Source: Limisphaerales bacterium (lineage in GTDB: Bacteria; Verrucomicrobiota; Verrucomicrobiia; Limisphaerales; DSYF01). Taken from it: a DNA stretch of 64,000 nucleotides. Under the pieces are notes generated by a model, which was given only the letters and a program-made list of their open reading frames with translations, was not told where the DNA came from and did not search any database. Of this stretch, positions 19,417 to 29,600 are shown one piece after another. The DNA lies in the NCBI GenBank assembly GCA_046290825.1, contig JBKBTZ010000001.1, positions 29,364-93,363 of the forward strand. The letters are read 5' to 3'. The stretch's first letter is position 1. Every line of letters begins with the position of its first letter. Position numbers and translations under genes: made by a program.

Positions 19417-20132
19417 GCGAAACCGCCCTCATTGCCGGCCAGTTGAATGACGCCGAGCGCGCGCTGCTGACCGACGCCCTGACCCGCGCGGCCAAAAAGC
19501 CGGAGGTCGTCATCGAGGTCGGCACCTGGCTGGGCGGGGGGAGCACCCTGCACATCTTGCGCGCACTGGAAAAGAACGGCACGGGTCATCTTTGGGGCGT
19601 CGAGGCGGATCGCTCGATCTACGAGCGGATGATCGCGAACATCCGCGCCGCCGCGCCCGAGGCGAGCACCCGGTTCACGCCTTTGTTCGGTTTCTCGCAG
19701 GCTGTCATTCCGCAATGGATTCAGGAACGCGGCCCGGGGTTGCAGGTGGATTTTGCCTTTCTGGACGGCGGCAACAATCCCCAGGAGCAGATTGACGAGT
19801 TTCACCTGCTGGACCCGCTGATTCCCGTGGGCGGACAGTTGATGGCGCATGACGCGAAGCTGCGGAAGGGCAAATGGCTGGTGCCGTATTTGCGGTCGCT
19901 GGACCACTGGAGAACGCAACTGCACGACGTGAGCACGGAGGGACTGTTCGTGGCGGTGAAGGTGGCGGAACAGCCCTCGCCTGCCAGCCGGAAGGCGGCG
20001 CGGCGGGTGTTGCGGCGCTTGCGCTGGAGTCCCGCCGAACTGGTGGGCAGGTGCCTTCCCGCCCGGGTGAACGAATTCCTTTTGACTTTGATGCCGACTC
20101 GCCTGCGCAAGCGAGTGGCCGAGGGCCGGTAG
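19413..20132 (+). CDS. Class I SAM-dependent methyltransferase (Methyltransf_24/CmcI-like)
   Basis: Start at ATG 19413, overlapping the upstream stop. VIEVGTWLGGGS (SAM motif I) and FAFLDGGN are present. Confidence 0.6.
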   Translation: MSETALIAGQLNDAERALLTDALTRAAKKPEVVIEVGTWLGGGSTLHILRALEKNGTGHLWGVEADRSIYERMIANIRAAAPEASTRFTPLFGFSQAVIPQWIQERGPGLQVDFAFLDGGNNPQEQIDEFHLLDPLIPVGGQLMAHDAKLRKGKWLVPYLRSLDHWRTQLHDVSTEGLFVAVKVAEQPSPASRKAARRVLRRLRWSPAELVGRCLPARVNEFLLTLMPTRLRKRVAEGR

Positions 20133-20235
20133 GCCACGAACGAAATCGGGCCAAATGAGCCACAAAACTAAAGCGGCGTGGGGGATTGCCCGTCATCAGG
20201 GGAATACGCCGGAAGCGGGCAGCCACCTACCGCTT

Positions 20236-20314
20236 CCCTCTCTCCCCATCGGATTGGGAGACCGTGGATGACTCGTCCGCCGCAGCTTCAGCGAAGGCAA
20301 AAGGCCGGGTGAGG
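20236..20314. repeat. Degenerate copy of a GC-rich palindromic (REP-like) element
   Basis: ccctctcccc (20236-20245) followed by partial tgggaga, and later ggccgggtgagggg-tcggcgggcatt. Compare the intact element at 21330-21391, whose right side reads gggcgggtgaggggg-cagcgggcatt. Confidence 0.5.
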
Positions 20315-20357
20315 GGTCGGCGGGCATTTTACCAAGCCTTCACAAAATGTTCGGCGC

Positions 20358-21290
20358 ATGCACACAAACAACCATCCAGCCGCGGACCGCGTGGGCGGAA
20401 CGCCTGTGCCGCCACCCGTCTGGCCCGAGCGGCCGTTGACGGTCGTTTCGCCCTGCCGCGCGCGGGATTTGCCGGTGCTCGAGATCGTCGCGCGGCGGCT
20501 GCCGCAGACCGTGCCCCTCAAAGAATACGTCGTGGTCGCGCCGGACGCCGACGCGGCCCGGATGCAGCGGCGGCTGGGCCGCCTGGCGCGGGTCATCCCG
20601 GAAAACGATTTTGTGCCGGGGGTGACGGTGGCGGCCTTGCGACCCCTGCCGATCCAGGGCTTCCCGGTGGCGGCGGGCTGGTATTTCCAGCAGCTCGTCA
20701 AATTGCAGTTCGCATTCGTCGAGCCGGAGGATGATTACTTTTTGATCTGGGATGCGGACACCGTGCCGCTGCGCCCGCTGCGTTTCTTTGACGCGGAAGG
20801 ACGGATGTTGCTGACGCGCGCGACTGAGCATCATGCGCCGTATTTCGAGACGTATCGGCGGCTGCTGGGCGAGGAGCCCAATCGCGAGTTTTCGTTCATC
20901 GCGCAGCACATCGTGGTGCAGAAAAGCGTCTGCCGCGAGATGCTCGAAAAAATGGCGGCGCGGCTGCCGGGCAACGAATCCTGGGCGTGGAAACTGATGC
21001 GCGCACTGCCGCCGTCCGGGCACAACCTGTTCAGCGAATACGAGACCTACGGACACTACCTGAAAAATCATTACCCGGAGCGGTTCCGGGTGGTGGAGCG
21101 TCCATGGTGGCGGCCGGCCACGCACAAGTCCGGTTGCGCGGTGCCCACGGAGCGGCAGTTGCGGGCGCTGGCGGAGCGGTATGACTTTGCGGCGTTCGAG
21201 CGGGCGAGCGTCTGGTGGCGGCGGTGGGCGCGCCGGGCGCGCGAGTGGGTGGTGCAAATGGCCAACACGCGGCGGCCCAAGGCAAGTTAG
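20358..21290 (+). CDS. Putative nucleotide-diphospho-sugar transferase-like protein (DXD motif)
   Basis: GWYFQQLVKLQF and YFLIWDADTVPLRP (DXD-like). It sits within the glycan cluster. The family is not firmly recognised, though it may correspond to a DUF-type GT-A family. Confidence 0.4.
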   Translation: MHTNNHPAADRVGGTPVPPPVWPERPLTVVSPCRARDLPVLEIVARRLPQTVPLKEYVVVAPDADAARMQRRLGRLARVIPENDFVPGVTVAALRPLPIQGFPVAAGWYFQQLVKLQFAFVEPEDDYFLIWDADTVPLRPLRFFDAEGRMLLTRATEHHAPYFETYRRLLGEEPNREFSFIAQHIVVQKSVCREMLEKMAARLPGNESWAWKLMRALPPSGHNLFSEYETYGHYLKNHYPERFRVVERPWWRPATHKSGCAVPTERQLRALAERYDFAAFERASVWWRRWARRAREWVVQMANTRRPKAS

Positions 21291-21329
21291 AGCAACTGCA
21301 AGAATCATGTCGCCAGTGTCAGCGCCCGT

Positions 21330-21391
21330 CCCCTCACCCCGTCCCTCTCCCCTTCGGAAGGGGAGAGGGTGCCCGAAGGGCGGGTGAGGGG
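21330..21391. repeat. Nested GC-rich palindromic (REP-like) element
   Basis: Outer arms cccctcaccc (21330-21339) and gggtgagggg (21382-21391). Inner arms ccctctcccc (21343-21352) and ggggagaggg (21360-21369). A mini-hairpin gcccgaagggc lies at 21371-21381. Confidence 0.7.
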
Positions 21392-21449
21392 GCAGCGGGC
21401 ATTCGCCGCGGTGTCTCGACAAGACGGCGCGGGGTGCTAGGCTGTGCGG

Positions 21450-22439
21450 ATGCGAGTCCTGTTGTTCTGCCTGTTTCCGCTGATCGCGCTGACGGTCGCG
21501 GCCCATTCCACGAACGCGGTGGAGTCCGCCGACCGTGCCGCCGGGATCAGCAGTGCCTCGGTGCCTGCCGTGAAGGGCACCAATGATCCCGTCGAAGCGG
21601 AGTTCAAGCGCCTGATGCTGGCGGATGACGCGGCGATGGACGAGGTGGACCAGTGGATCCGGGAGAACGAGAAATTCAAGGAACACGGCGCGGGCACGCC
21701 GGACGAGACGTTGAACGCGCGCATCCAGCGGCGGTTCGAGCCGGTGCGGCGGGGTTATGAGGAGTTCATCCAAAAAAATCCGAATCACGGGCGGGCGCGG
21801 CTGGCGTTCGCGAGTTTTCTCGAGGAGATGGGCGATGAGGCGGCGGCGCTGGAGCAGATGTTGAAGGCGAAGGAGGTCGAGCCGAACAACCCGGCGGTCT
21901 GGAACAATCTGGCGAATTACTACGGGCACCGCAGTCCGGTGACGAACGCCTTCACCCATTACGAGAAGGCCATCGAACTCGATCCCAAAGAGCCGGTGTA
22001 TTACCAGAATTTCGGGACCACGGTGTTCCTGTTCCGCAAGGATGCGCGGGAGCATTACGGCCTGACGGAGCAGCAGGTGTTCGACAAGGCGTTGACGCTC
22101 TACTCGAACGCGGTGGCGCTGGATCCGGAGAATTTCCTGCTGGCGACGGACGTGGCGATGACGTTCTACGGCATCAAACCGCCGCGGACGGACGAGGCAA
22201 TTGCCGCTTGGGAGCGCGCCCGGTCGTTGGCGGCAGACGATTTGCAGCGGGAGGGCGTGGAAATTCATCTGGCGCGCACCAAGCTGCAAGCGGGCCGGCT
22301 GGCCGAGGCGCGGGCGCACCTCGAGGCGGTGAAGCATGAATCCCTGCAAGAGTTGAAGCGGCGGGTGTTGCGGAACGTGGAGGCGCAGGAAAAGCCGGCG
22401 GAGACCTCCCGCCCGCCCGCCGCCGCGCCGCCGGAATAG
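21450..22439 (+). CDS. Secreted TPR-repeat protein
   Basis: ATG at 21450 (MRVLLFCLFPLIALTVAAHS signal peptide). TPR-like repeats follow (AVWNNLANYYGH..., YEKAIELDPKEPVYYQNFG...). Confidence 0.75.
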   Translation: MRVLLFCLFPLIALTVAAHSTNAVESADRAAGISSASVPAVKGTNDPVEAEFKRLMLADDAAMDEVDQWIRENEKFKEHGAGTPDETLNARIQRRFEPVRRGYEEFIQKNPNHGRARLAFASFLEEMGDEAAALEQMLKAKEVEPNNPAVWNNLANYYGHRSPVTNAFTHYEKAIELDPKEPVYYQNFGTTVFLFRKDAREHYGLTEQQVFDKALTLYSNAVALDPENFLLATDVAMTFYGIKPPRTDEAIAAWERARSLAADDLQREGVEIHLARTKLQAGRLAEARAHLEAVKHESLQELKRRVLRNVEAQEKPAETSRPPAAAPPE

Positions 22440-22501
22440 CCACCGCGCACCCAGCATCGTTGTTGCCCCGTCCCGTCCCGTCCCGCTAGTTTTGTCTTCG
22501 C

Positions 22502-24022
22502 ATGGCCGGTTCGGCATCCATCTCGCGCGCGCAGCTCGTTTACGGGCTGTGCCTGCCGCTGGCTGCGTTGATCGGTTTCTTCCTGGCGGACCCGTTGCGG
22601 TTCAGTTCGCTGGCGGTGCTGTGCCTCATTGCGGGCGTGCTGTTGTGGCCGCTGTTTCTCAAGTGGTATCACCCGTTGCTGGTGTTCAGCTTCGGCTCGA
22701 TTTTCATGCTGGGTTTTCTGCCGGGCAATCTGCCGTTATGGTATGCCGTTGCGGCGGCGGCCTTTGGAGCGGTGGTGGTGAATCGTTGCCTCGACGCGCG
22801 GATGCGGCTGGTGCCGCCGGGCGGGGTGGCGTGGGCGCTGCTGGCCATCGCCGGGGTGACGGTGCTGACGATGCTGCTGCGGGGCGGGGCGGGGCTGGGT
22901 TCGCTGGGGAGCACTTCGATGGGCGGCAAAAAATACATTACCATCCTGCTCGCGGTGGCGGCGTATTTTGTGCTGGTGAGCAAGGCGGTGCCGCCCAACC
23001 GGCGGCTGTTATATGTGGGGCTGCTGACCTTGTCCGGAATTACGGGTTTGTTGAGTCACGTGGCCTACTCCACCGGCCAGCACTGGCTGTTCAAAGTGGT
23101 GGATCCCGGCCCGGCATGGGGCCAGGCGGCCATGGAATGGGACGTGCAGGGGCAGGTGCTGTTCCGCAGCACGCCGGTGATGAACGCGGCCAACGCCATC
23201 ATCGGATTCTTGGCGGCGTGGATCGGAGTGCGCGGAATGTTGAACCTGCGCCGGCCGTGGGGCTTTCTGATCGTCCTCGCCTGTCTGGCGGTGGGCACCC
23301 TGGGCGGGTTCCGCATCTTTCTGGTCAGCACCGGGCTGTTCCTGGCGATCTTGTTCGTGATTGAAGGGCTGCACCGGACGCGGTATCTGGCCTTGGTGGT
23401 GTTGCTGGGCCTCGCGGGGCTGGGGGGGGTGGCGACGTCGGCGGAGAAATTGCCGCGTTCCGTGCAACGGGCGGTGAGCTTCCTGCCGGTGCGCGTGGAC
23501 CCGGTGGTGAAACAAGAGGCGCAAGGCTCGGTGCAATGGCGGCTGGAGATGTGGGAGGTGCTGCGCAAGGAGATTCCGGCGTATCTGGTGCTGGGCAAGG
23601 GATACGCAATTGATCCGACCGCCCTGGAGTTTTCGGTTTTTAACGCGCGGCGGGGTTACACCATGCAGGCCGAGTGGGCGGTGCTCACCGGCGAATATCA
23701 CAACGGGCCGTTGAGCGTGCTGATTCCGCTGGGCCTCGGCGGGGCGCTGACCTTTGGCTGGTTTCTGGTGGTTTCGGTCCGGCGTTTATGGGGATTCTGC
23801 CGGAACGGCGAGCCGGGCCTGTTGCAGATCAACCGTGCGCTGCTGGCGATGTTTGTCGCTAAGATCATCATTTTCACGGTGTTTTTCGGGTCGCTGTATT
23901 CCGAGCTGGTGGGCTTTGTCTGCATCATTGGGCTGGCGGAGAGCCTGAACACGCCGCGTGAGGCTCCGGCGGAGGAACCGGCAGTCTGGCCGAACGGCCT
24001 GTGGGAAGGAGGCCGCGCATGA
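22502..24022 (+). CDS. O-antigen ligase/polymerase-like polytopic membrane protein (Wzy_C-like), copy 1
   Basis: At least 10 hydrophobic segments, a periplasmic-loop block QWRLEMWEVL, and the motif GEYHNGPLSVLIPLGLGGAL (HN..L......G..G, as in WaaL/Wzy_C). Confidence 0.7.
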   Translation: MAGSASISRAQLVYGLCLPLAALIGFFLADPLRFSSLAVLCLIAGVLLWPLFLKWYHPLLVFSFGSIFMLGFLPGNLPLWYAVAAAAFGAVVVNRCLDARMRLVPPGGVAWALLAIAGVTVLTMLLRGGAGLGSLGSTSMGGKKYITILLAVAAYFVLVSKAVPPNRRLLYVGLLTLSGITGLLSHVAYSTGQHWLFKVVDPGPAWGQAAMEWDVQGQVLFRSTPVMNAANAIIGFLAAWIGVRGMLNLRRPWGFLIVLACLAVGTLGGFRIFLVSTGLFLAILFVIEGLHRTRYLALVVLLGLAGLGGVATSAEKLPRSVQRAVSFLPVRVDPVVKQEAQGSVQWRLEMWEVLRKEIPAYLVLGKGYAIDPTALEFSVFNARRGYTMQAEWAVLTGEYHNGPLSVLIPLGLGGALTFGWFLVVSVRRLWGFCRNGEPGLLQINRALLAMFVAKIIIFTVFFGSLYSELVGFVCIIGLAESLNTPREAPAEEPAVWPNGLWEGGRA

Positions 24023-25605
24023 GTTCAATGCCGGTCGCCCTGCGGTCGCTGCTGATCTACTTGATCTGCCTGCCGCTGGCGCTGTTTCTTGGTTATCAAC
24101 TCACCAACCCGCTCTCGTATGAGGCGGTGTTCACGGTGGGCATCGTGCTCGGGGTGTTGCTGATTCCCGTGCTGCTGAAGTGGCACCGGCCCATCCTGTT
24201 TTTTTCGATGGGGGCGGCGATGGTGGTGTTCTTCCTGCCGGGCCGGCCCAAGCTGGGGCTGGTGATGGTGGCGGTGAGCCTGTTGATTTCGATTCTTCAA
24301 CGGACCATCCAGCCGAACTTTCGGTTCCTCCGGGTGCCGGAACTGACGTGGCCGCTGATGGCGGTGTTGGCGGTCGTGTTCTACACCATGTTGTTGCAGG
24401 GCGGGTTCGGGCTGTCCTTCTTTGGCGCGCGCACGGCGGGGGGCAGCCGCTACCTGATGCTGATTCTGGGGGTGCTGAGTTTCTTTGCCCTGACGGCGCA
24501 GGCCATTCCGCGGGAGCGGCTGAACACGTATGTGGCCCTGTTTTTCCTGAGCGGCATCACGGCGATGATCGGCGACTTTTTTGCGGTGGTGACGCCGGCG
24601 CTGCGGCCCATTTTCCTCCTGTTCCCGCCCTCGCCCCACGCCTTCGCAGGCGAATTCGACGTCGGCGTGACGCGGTTGTTTGGGGTGACATTGGGCGCGG
24701 CAGCGGTGTTCCGCTACATGCTGGCCCGCTACGGGGTAGGCGGCCTGCTGGTTACTGGCAGCCGGCTGCGGCTGTTGGTGTTCCTGGGGGTCACGGGGCT
24801 GTCGTTGCTGGGCGGCTCCCGGCTTGCTTTGGTGGGCGCCTTGCTGCTGTTTGTGGTGCTTTTCTACCTGGAGGGATGGCACCGGACGAGGCTGGTGGTG
24901 CCCGTAATCGGAGCGGGGGTTCTGCTGGCGGCCGTTACAGTGGCATTTCTGCCGCGCATGCCCTTCACCGTGCAACGCACGCTGGCGTTCCTGCCGTTGC
25001 CCATTGACCCGGCGGCGAAACTCTCGGCGGATGCCTCGTCGGAATGGCGGCTGGAGATGTGGCGGAACCTGCTGCCCGAGGTGCCCCGGCATCTGCTGTT
25101 AGGGCGAGGCTTGGCCGTTTCGGACGCGGACCTGCAGATGCTCACCAACGAAACCCTTTCCGCCCGCACGCCGGACCAGTGGCTTTGGGCGGCCATCACG
25201 GGCGATTTCCACAACGGTCCGCTCTCGGTGGTGCTGACTTTTGGCATCTGGGGGCTGATTGCGTTTGTGTGGCTGCAACTGGCGGGCCTGCGGGTGCTTT
25301 ACCTGAACTACAAGAACGGCGCGCCGGAGTTGAAGGTGCTGAACACCTACCTGTTCGCCCAATACATCGTGCAACTCGTCGTCTTCTGGTTTGTCTTCGG
25401 CTCGATGTATTCCGAAACGATCATCTTCATGTCGCTGGCGGGCTTCGGGGTGGCGGCCAACGGCGGTGTCTGTCGCCAACCCGTTGCCCAGCCAGTGCCC
25501 GCGTCGGTTGCCCGGCCCGCCTTGCCCCGGCCCTTGCGCCCCCGCCCGTTGGGTCGTCCGCCGGTCGGGTTGCCGCTTCCGGCCCGTTCCCCGGTGCGGC
25601 AATAG
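24019..25605 (+). CDS. O-antigen ligase/polymerase-like polytopic membrane protein, copy 2 (tandem paralog)
   Basis: Collinear with copy 1 (EWRLEMWRNLLPEVPRHLLLGRG, GDFHNGPLSVVLTFGIWGLIAF). ATG 24019 overlaps the upstream stop (ATGA). The C-terminal tail is Pro/Arg-rich. Confidence 0.7.
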   Translation: MSSMPVALRSLLIYLICLPLALFLGYQLTNPLSYEAVFTVGIVLGVLLIPVLLKWHRPILFFSMGAAMVVFFLPGRPKLGLVMVAVSLLISILQRTIQPNFRFLRVPELTWPLMAVLAVVFYTMLLQGGFGLSFFGARTAGGSRYLMLILGVLSFFALTAQAIPRERLNTYVALFFLSGITAMIGDFFAVVTPALRPIFLLFPPSPHAFAGEFDVGVTRLFGVTLGAAAVFRYMLARYGVGGLLVTGSRLRLLVFLGVTGLSLLGGSRLALVGALLLFVVLFYLEGWHRTRLVVPVIGAGVLLAAVTVAFLPRMPFTVQRTLAFLPLPIDPAAKLSADASSEWRLEMWRNLLPEVPRHLLLGRGLAVSDADLQMLTNETLSARTPDQWLWAAITGDFHNGPLSVVLTFGIWGLIAFVWLQLAGLRVLYLNYKNGAPELKVLNTYLFAQYIVQLVVFWFVFGSMYSETIIFMSLAGFGVAANGGVCRQPVAQPVPASVARPALPRPLRPRPLGRPPVGLPLPARSPVRQ

Positions 25606-25625
25606 CCCTGCCCGCCGTTACTGGC

Positions 25626-26477
25626 ATGGACTGGACCATCGTCACCCCCAGCCGCAACCAGCTTAAGTGGCTGCGGCTGTGCCGCGCCTCGGTTGCTGAC
25701 CAGGCCGGCGTCACCGTGCAGCATATTGTGCAGGATGCCGGCTCGACGGATGGCACGGTCGAATGGCTGCACCAACAACCCGGCATTGAGGCGCACATCG
25801 AGGCGGATGAGGGCATGTATGACGCGCTGAACCGCGGTTTTGCCCGGGCGACGGGCGATTTCGTGGCCTGGCTGAACTGCGACGAGCAATACCTGCCCGG
25901 CGTGCTCGCGCGCGTAGCCAAGTTTTTCCGGGCGCATGCTGGCGTGGACATGGTTTTTGGCGACATCATCGTGGTGGATGAATGCGGCGAATACCTCTGG
26001 CATCGCAAGGTGCAGGTGCCGCGCCTTTATCACACGCTGACCTGTCATCTTTCCACGCTTTCGTGCGCGATGTTCTTCCGGCGGCGGCTGGTTGAGGCCG
26101 ACAGGTTCCGCTTTGACACGTCCTACCGGATCGTGGGCGACGCGGAATGGATGACGCGGCTGCTGCGAGCCGGGGTGCGGATGGCGGCGCTGGGGGAGTT
26201 CACCTCCGTCTTCACGCAAACCGGACAGAACCTGAGCCGGGACGCGCGGGCGGCGGCAGAACAGGCCCGGCTGGCGGCGACGGCATCGCCGTGGGTGCGG
26301 TTGGCGCGGCCGCTTTGGATTCTGCACCACCGACTGGCCCGCTGGCGGGCGGGAGCCTACCGGCAAACGCCCTTTTCGTTTCAGCTCCACATGGCGGAAC
26401 CGGTGGGGAGCCGGGTGGCGCGACGGGTTGCCGTGCCGCGTTTTCGTCCGGTTGCCGGAAGGCCGGGTTGCCGCTAG
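25626..26477 (+). CDS. Family 2 glycosyltransferase
   Basis: Start at ATG 25626 (MDWTIVTPSRNQLKWLRLCRASV). QDAGSTDGT and WLNCDEQYLPG (DXD-like) are present. The 194-aa upstream extension was rejected. Confidence 0.8.
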   Translation: MDWTIVTPSRNQLKWLRLCRASVADQAGVTVQHIVQDAGSTDGTVEWLHQQPGIEAHIEADEGMYDALNRGFARATGDFVAWLNCDEQYLPGVLARVAKFFRAHAGVDMVFGDIIVVDECGEYLWHRKVQVPRLYHTLTCHLSTLSCAMFFRRRLVEADRFRFDTSYRIVGDAEWMTRLLRAGVRMAALGEFTSVFTQTGQNLSRDARAAAEQARLAATASPWVRLARPLWILHHRLARWRAGAYRQTPFSFQLHMAEPVGSRVARRVAVPRFRPVAGRPGCR

Positions 26478-26608
26478 AGTCCTCCGGTTCTAGGGAGCCG
26501 GGATCGTGTGCTGTTTTTCCATTTGGCATGGTCGCTGGCTGCGTTGCGAGGCGTGGCAGAGGAAACATCACGGTCGTATGCTCTTTTTCTGAATCCAATC
26601 CAACACAC

Positions 26609-29600
26609 ATGAACCAAAAATTCAAATCCACGGAGGGCGTTCTGCTTATTTGCATCACCGCCCAGCTTCTTTTTCTTTCCTTGGCGGCCGGCCAGAATCT
26701 CTTGCCCAATCCATCGTTTGAAGCAGGTTCGGGGAGTGCTCCCACGGGGTGGGTGTTGTTGGGCAGTGGCTCTTGGGCGTCCAACAACGCTTACGGCGGA
26801 GATCAATCTGTGTTGGTTCGTGGCGTCCAAGGCCAATTTTCCTACTGGGCAAATCACAGCCCCGCCGCGCAGCCGGGCCAAGCCTACTTGTGCCGGATTC
26901 GCGCCCAGCAGAGCAACAACGTTTCCGGCTACATGATCGCCGGGTTTTCATCGGTTTCCTACGATTTCCCGCGTCCTGGCTTCCTCTGGTCAGTATGGCA
27001 TTCGACAACTTTTCCGGCATGGATTCCGTCTGCGGCAGGGCAGCCGTCATTCCGGTTTGGGCTGTTTGATGCGGTGGGAGGTGCGTGGTTTGATGAGGTG
27101 GAAATGTATCCTTTGCGGGTTCATCGCAAACGTGTGGGAAACTACCATTTGGGAGCAGGCGAATTCTTGCATGCGGGCCATTACACGAACCATGTGAAAT
27201 TTGGGCTGCCTGGCGGCAACTATACGCCTTACCTGCATGCCGCCAATACCACGTTCAACAGCTTCAAGTGGTATCTGCAAAATGGCCAGTATGTCGTCTT
27301 TCGGCATGAGCTCCCAGGGACGGCGTTCACTAGTGCGGGAATCAGGTCCTTCCTGCAGAACTACAATCAGATCACCAATCGGAGCCTGCGACTCGAAGCC
27401 AGCACCAATGGGTCAGCTTGGATCCTCGTTGGCGAGCTGGAGGCGGCCGGGACCAATCAGATCGCAGTGCCGCCTGCATTGTTGCCGACGGCGACACTTT
27501 ACCTGCGTTTTACCACTACTAATAACCTGCAGTTCGGCTTCACGGGTTACACTCTGGACGCCAACGTGGAAGACACCAACACCACTGGACAGGGTGAGTC
27601 CTATTACTTGGGAGAGATGGTGTCCGGTTCCAACATCTGGATTTCAGAACTCACCGCCACTGCTGAAGGGCACCGGGCCAGCGTCGCTATCTTGAATACC
27701 AACACGGAACCAGCCGTTTTCACCGTGCGGGCGCGCAGCACATTCTCGCAAACGACCCGGGAGCGCCGAGCCAGCGCCACGGTGAATCCAGGCCAGACGA
27801 ACACCGTATCGGTGATATTTCCCACGACCGGCTTTGGCGACAACGATGCCGTGCTTGTCGTCGAGGACGGCGATGGGACGGTCGTTTTGCAAAGCACGTT
27901 TACATTCAGGGGGAGTATCATTGCGGAAGACGGTTACGGAGAGACGGTGGTGGATGCCCCGGAATGCGCCGTCTGGTGGTGCGACGGAACCCACCGGGTG
28001 GGTGCCAACCGCTTGGCGCCGGGCAAGACCAATGTGGCGGCCAGCATCGTTGCGGCACGCAATGAGTATGAACCGCTACAGATTGTATTCCGCCCCAAAA
28101 CGACATTGAGCAACCTGACCGCCACCCTCACGGATTTTGTTTCCGTTACCAACCCCTCGGCTCGTATCGCTGCGACCAACGTGGTCCTTGAAACCGTTGG
28201 TTATGTGCCAATCAATGAACTGGATCCGCGAGACCTGCTGAGCGTGGTAGGTTTGCACGCGGATCCACTAGAGCCGGTATCGTCGCCACTCACCGCTCCG
28301 GCAGGAACCAACTTGTCATTCTTTGTAACGGTGTATGTCCCGCGGGAGGCTGAAGCGGGCGAATACATGGCAAACTTTGAGGCTCAGCACGCATCCGGCA
28401 ACTTTAGCATTCCCGTTCGGTTGCGCGTTTTGAACTTCACGCTGCCGGGGCACAGCGAACAACGCAACGCGGCGGGCCTCTACGAACAAGGCACCTGGTA
28501 TGGCTTCAACTGGGCCACCCCGGAGCAGCGGGCCCAGACCTGGGAGCTAAACCTGCTTCATTTTGCCAGACACCGCATCAGCCCATACTACCCTCAAAGT
28601 TTTGCCCGGATTCAATACACGTATCATCCGGTTACAGACTCCTTCACCTACGATTTTAGCGCCTTCGACGCGGCGATGGACCGTTACATTGAGGAATACA
28701 ATTTCAACAGCTTCCGCGACCTCAACCCCTTCGCAGCGCTCCCCCCCATTCCCGGGGTCCCTCAATACAACGCACAGAAGACAGCCATCACGCCGGAATA
28801 CCGCCGTCTCTACATCAAGCTGATGCAGCCAATCTTTCAGCATTTTCGGGAGCGTGGTTGGATGGGGATTGCCTATTCACAATGGATTGATGAGCCAACC
28901 ACCAACCAAACCCCGCTGGTGCAGCAGGGCATGGATATGATCCAAGAGGCCGCTCCGGACCAGCCGCGTCTCCTGGCAAGCCTGTATGCTCCGGATCCTG
29001 ACTTGTTTGGCTATATTGACGAATGGGTCCCTAACTGGGACTTCGGCCTGCAAACCCAGCACATTGGACCGTTGCAGGCGGCAGGCGACCGGGTCTGGTA
29101 TTACGTCGCCACCGTGCCCAAGACGCCTTGGCCCAATAATTTTGTGGACCAGCCCGCCATCAATCCCCGCGTCCGGCAATGGTATGCGGAAAAGCAAGGG
29201 TTTGTAGGCGAAGACTACTGGGCGGTAAACTGGTGGGGGGACAACAATCCGTGGCTGGATCCGATGGCACGTGGTGGTAGTGCCTCCGATGGTTATTTCC
29301 GGCTCGGCAACGGGGACGGCATGATGATTTATCCCCCCGTCAAATCCCTTCCCACGAACACGGCCGTCGTCGCCCCGCCTGTAAACTCCATCCGGATGGC
29401 CAACATGCGCGATGGTTTCGAGGACCGGGAGTATTTTGCACATTTGAAGCGACTGATCTCGAACTCCATTCCGATTCTTGGCCCGGACCATCCGTCGGTG
29501 ATAGAAGCCCAAGCCGCTATTCAAGATGCGCTCGCCCCGTTGCCTTGGACGCCCCTAAATCCCTTTGAGGCCTCCACATTGTTTGCGGCGCGCCAACGTG

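Noticed and set aside
22466-22486. Short tandem repeat of CCCGT units (ccccgtcccgtcccgtcccgc) upstream of the first ligase-like gene
   Set aside because: There are only about three and a half units, with no spacers, so it is not CRISPR-like. It is most likely a trivial microsatellite in a GC-rich spacer.
20340-22517. 725-aa ORF on the minus strand
   Set aside because: It is antisense to the DXD transferase-like and TPR genes and reads straight through the REP-like palindrome. The sequence is Arg/Pro/Gly-rich with no domain signature.
26524-26548. TGGCAT-N5-CTGGCT upstream of paralog 1, considered as a sigma54 -24/-12 promoter
   Set aside because: The -12 element matches the TTGC consensus at only 2 of 4 positions. 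No enhancer-binding-protein gene is nearby.
26147-26608. 5' extensions of the long ORFs: 26147 for paralog 1, 30268 for paralog 2, 34137 for the coupled gene, 25044 for the GT2 gene
   Set aside because: The extensions are Arg/Gly/Pro-rich read-through of upstream genes in other frames. In each case an internal ATG is followed immediately by a signal peptide or the conserved N-terminus, and it often forms an ATGA overlap with the preceding stop.
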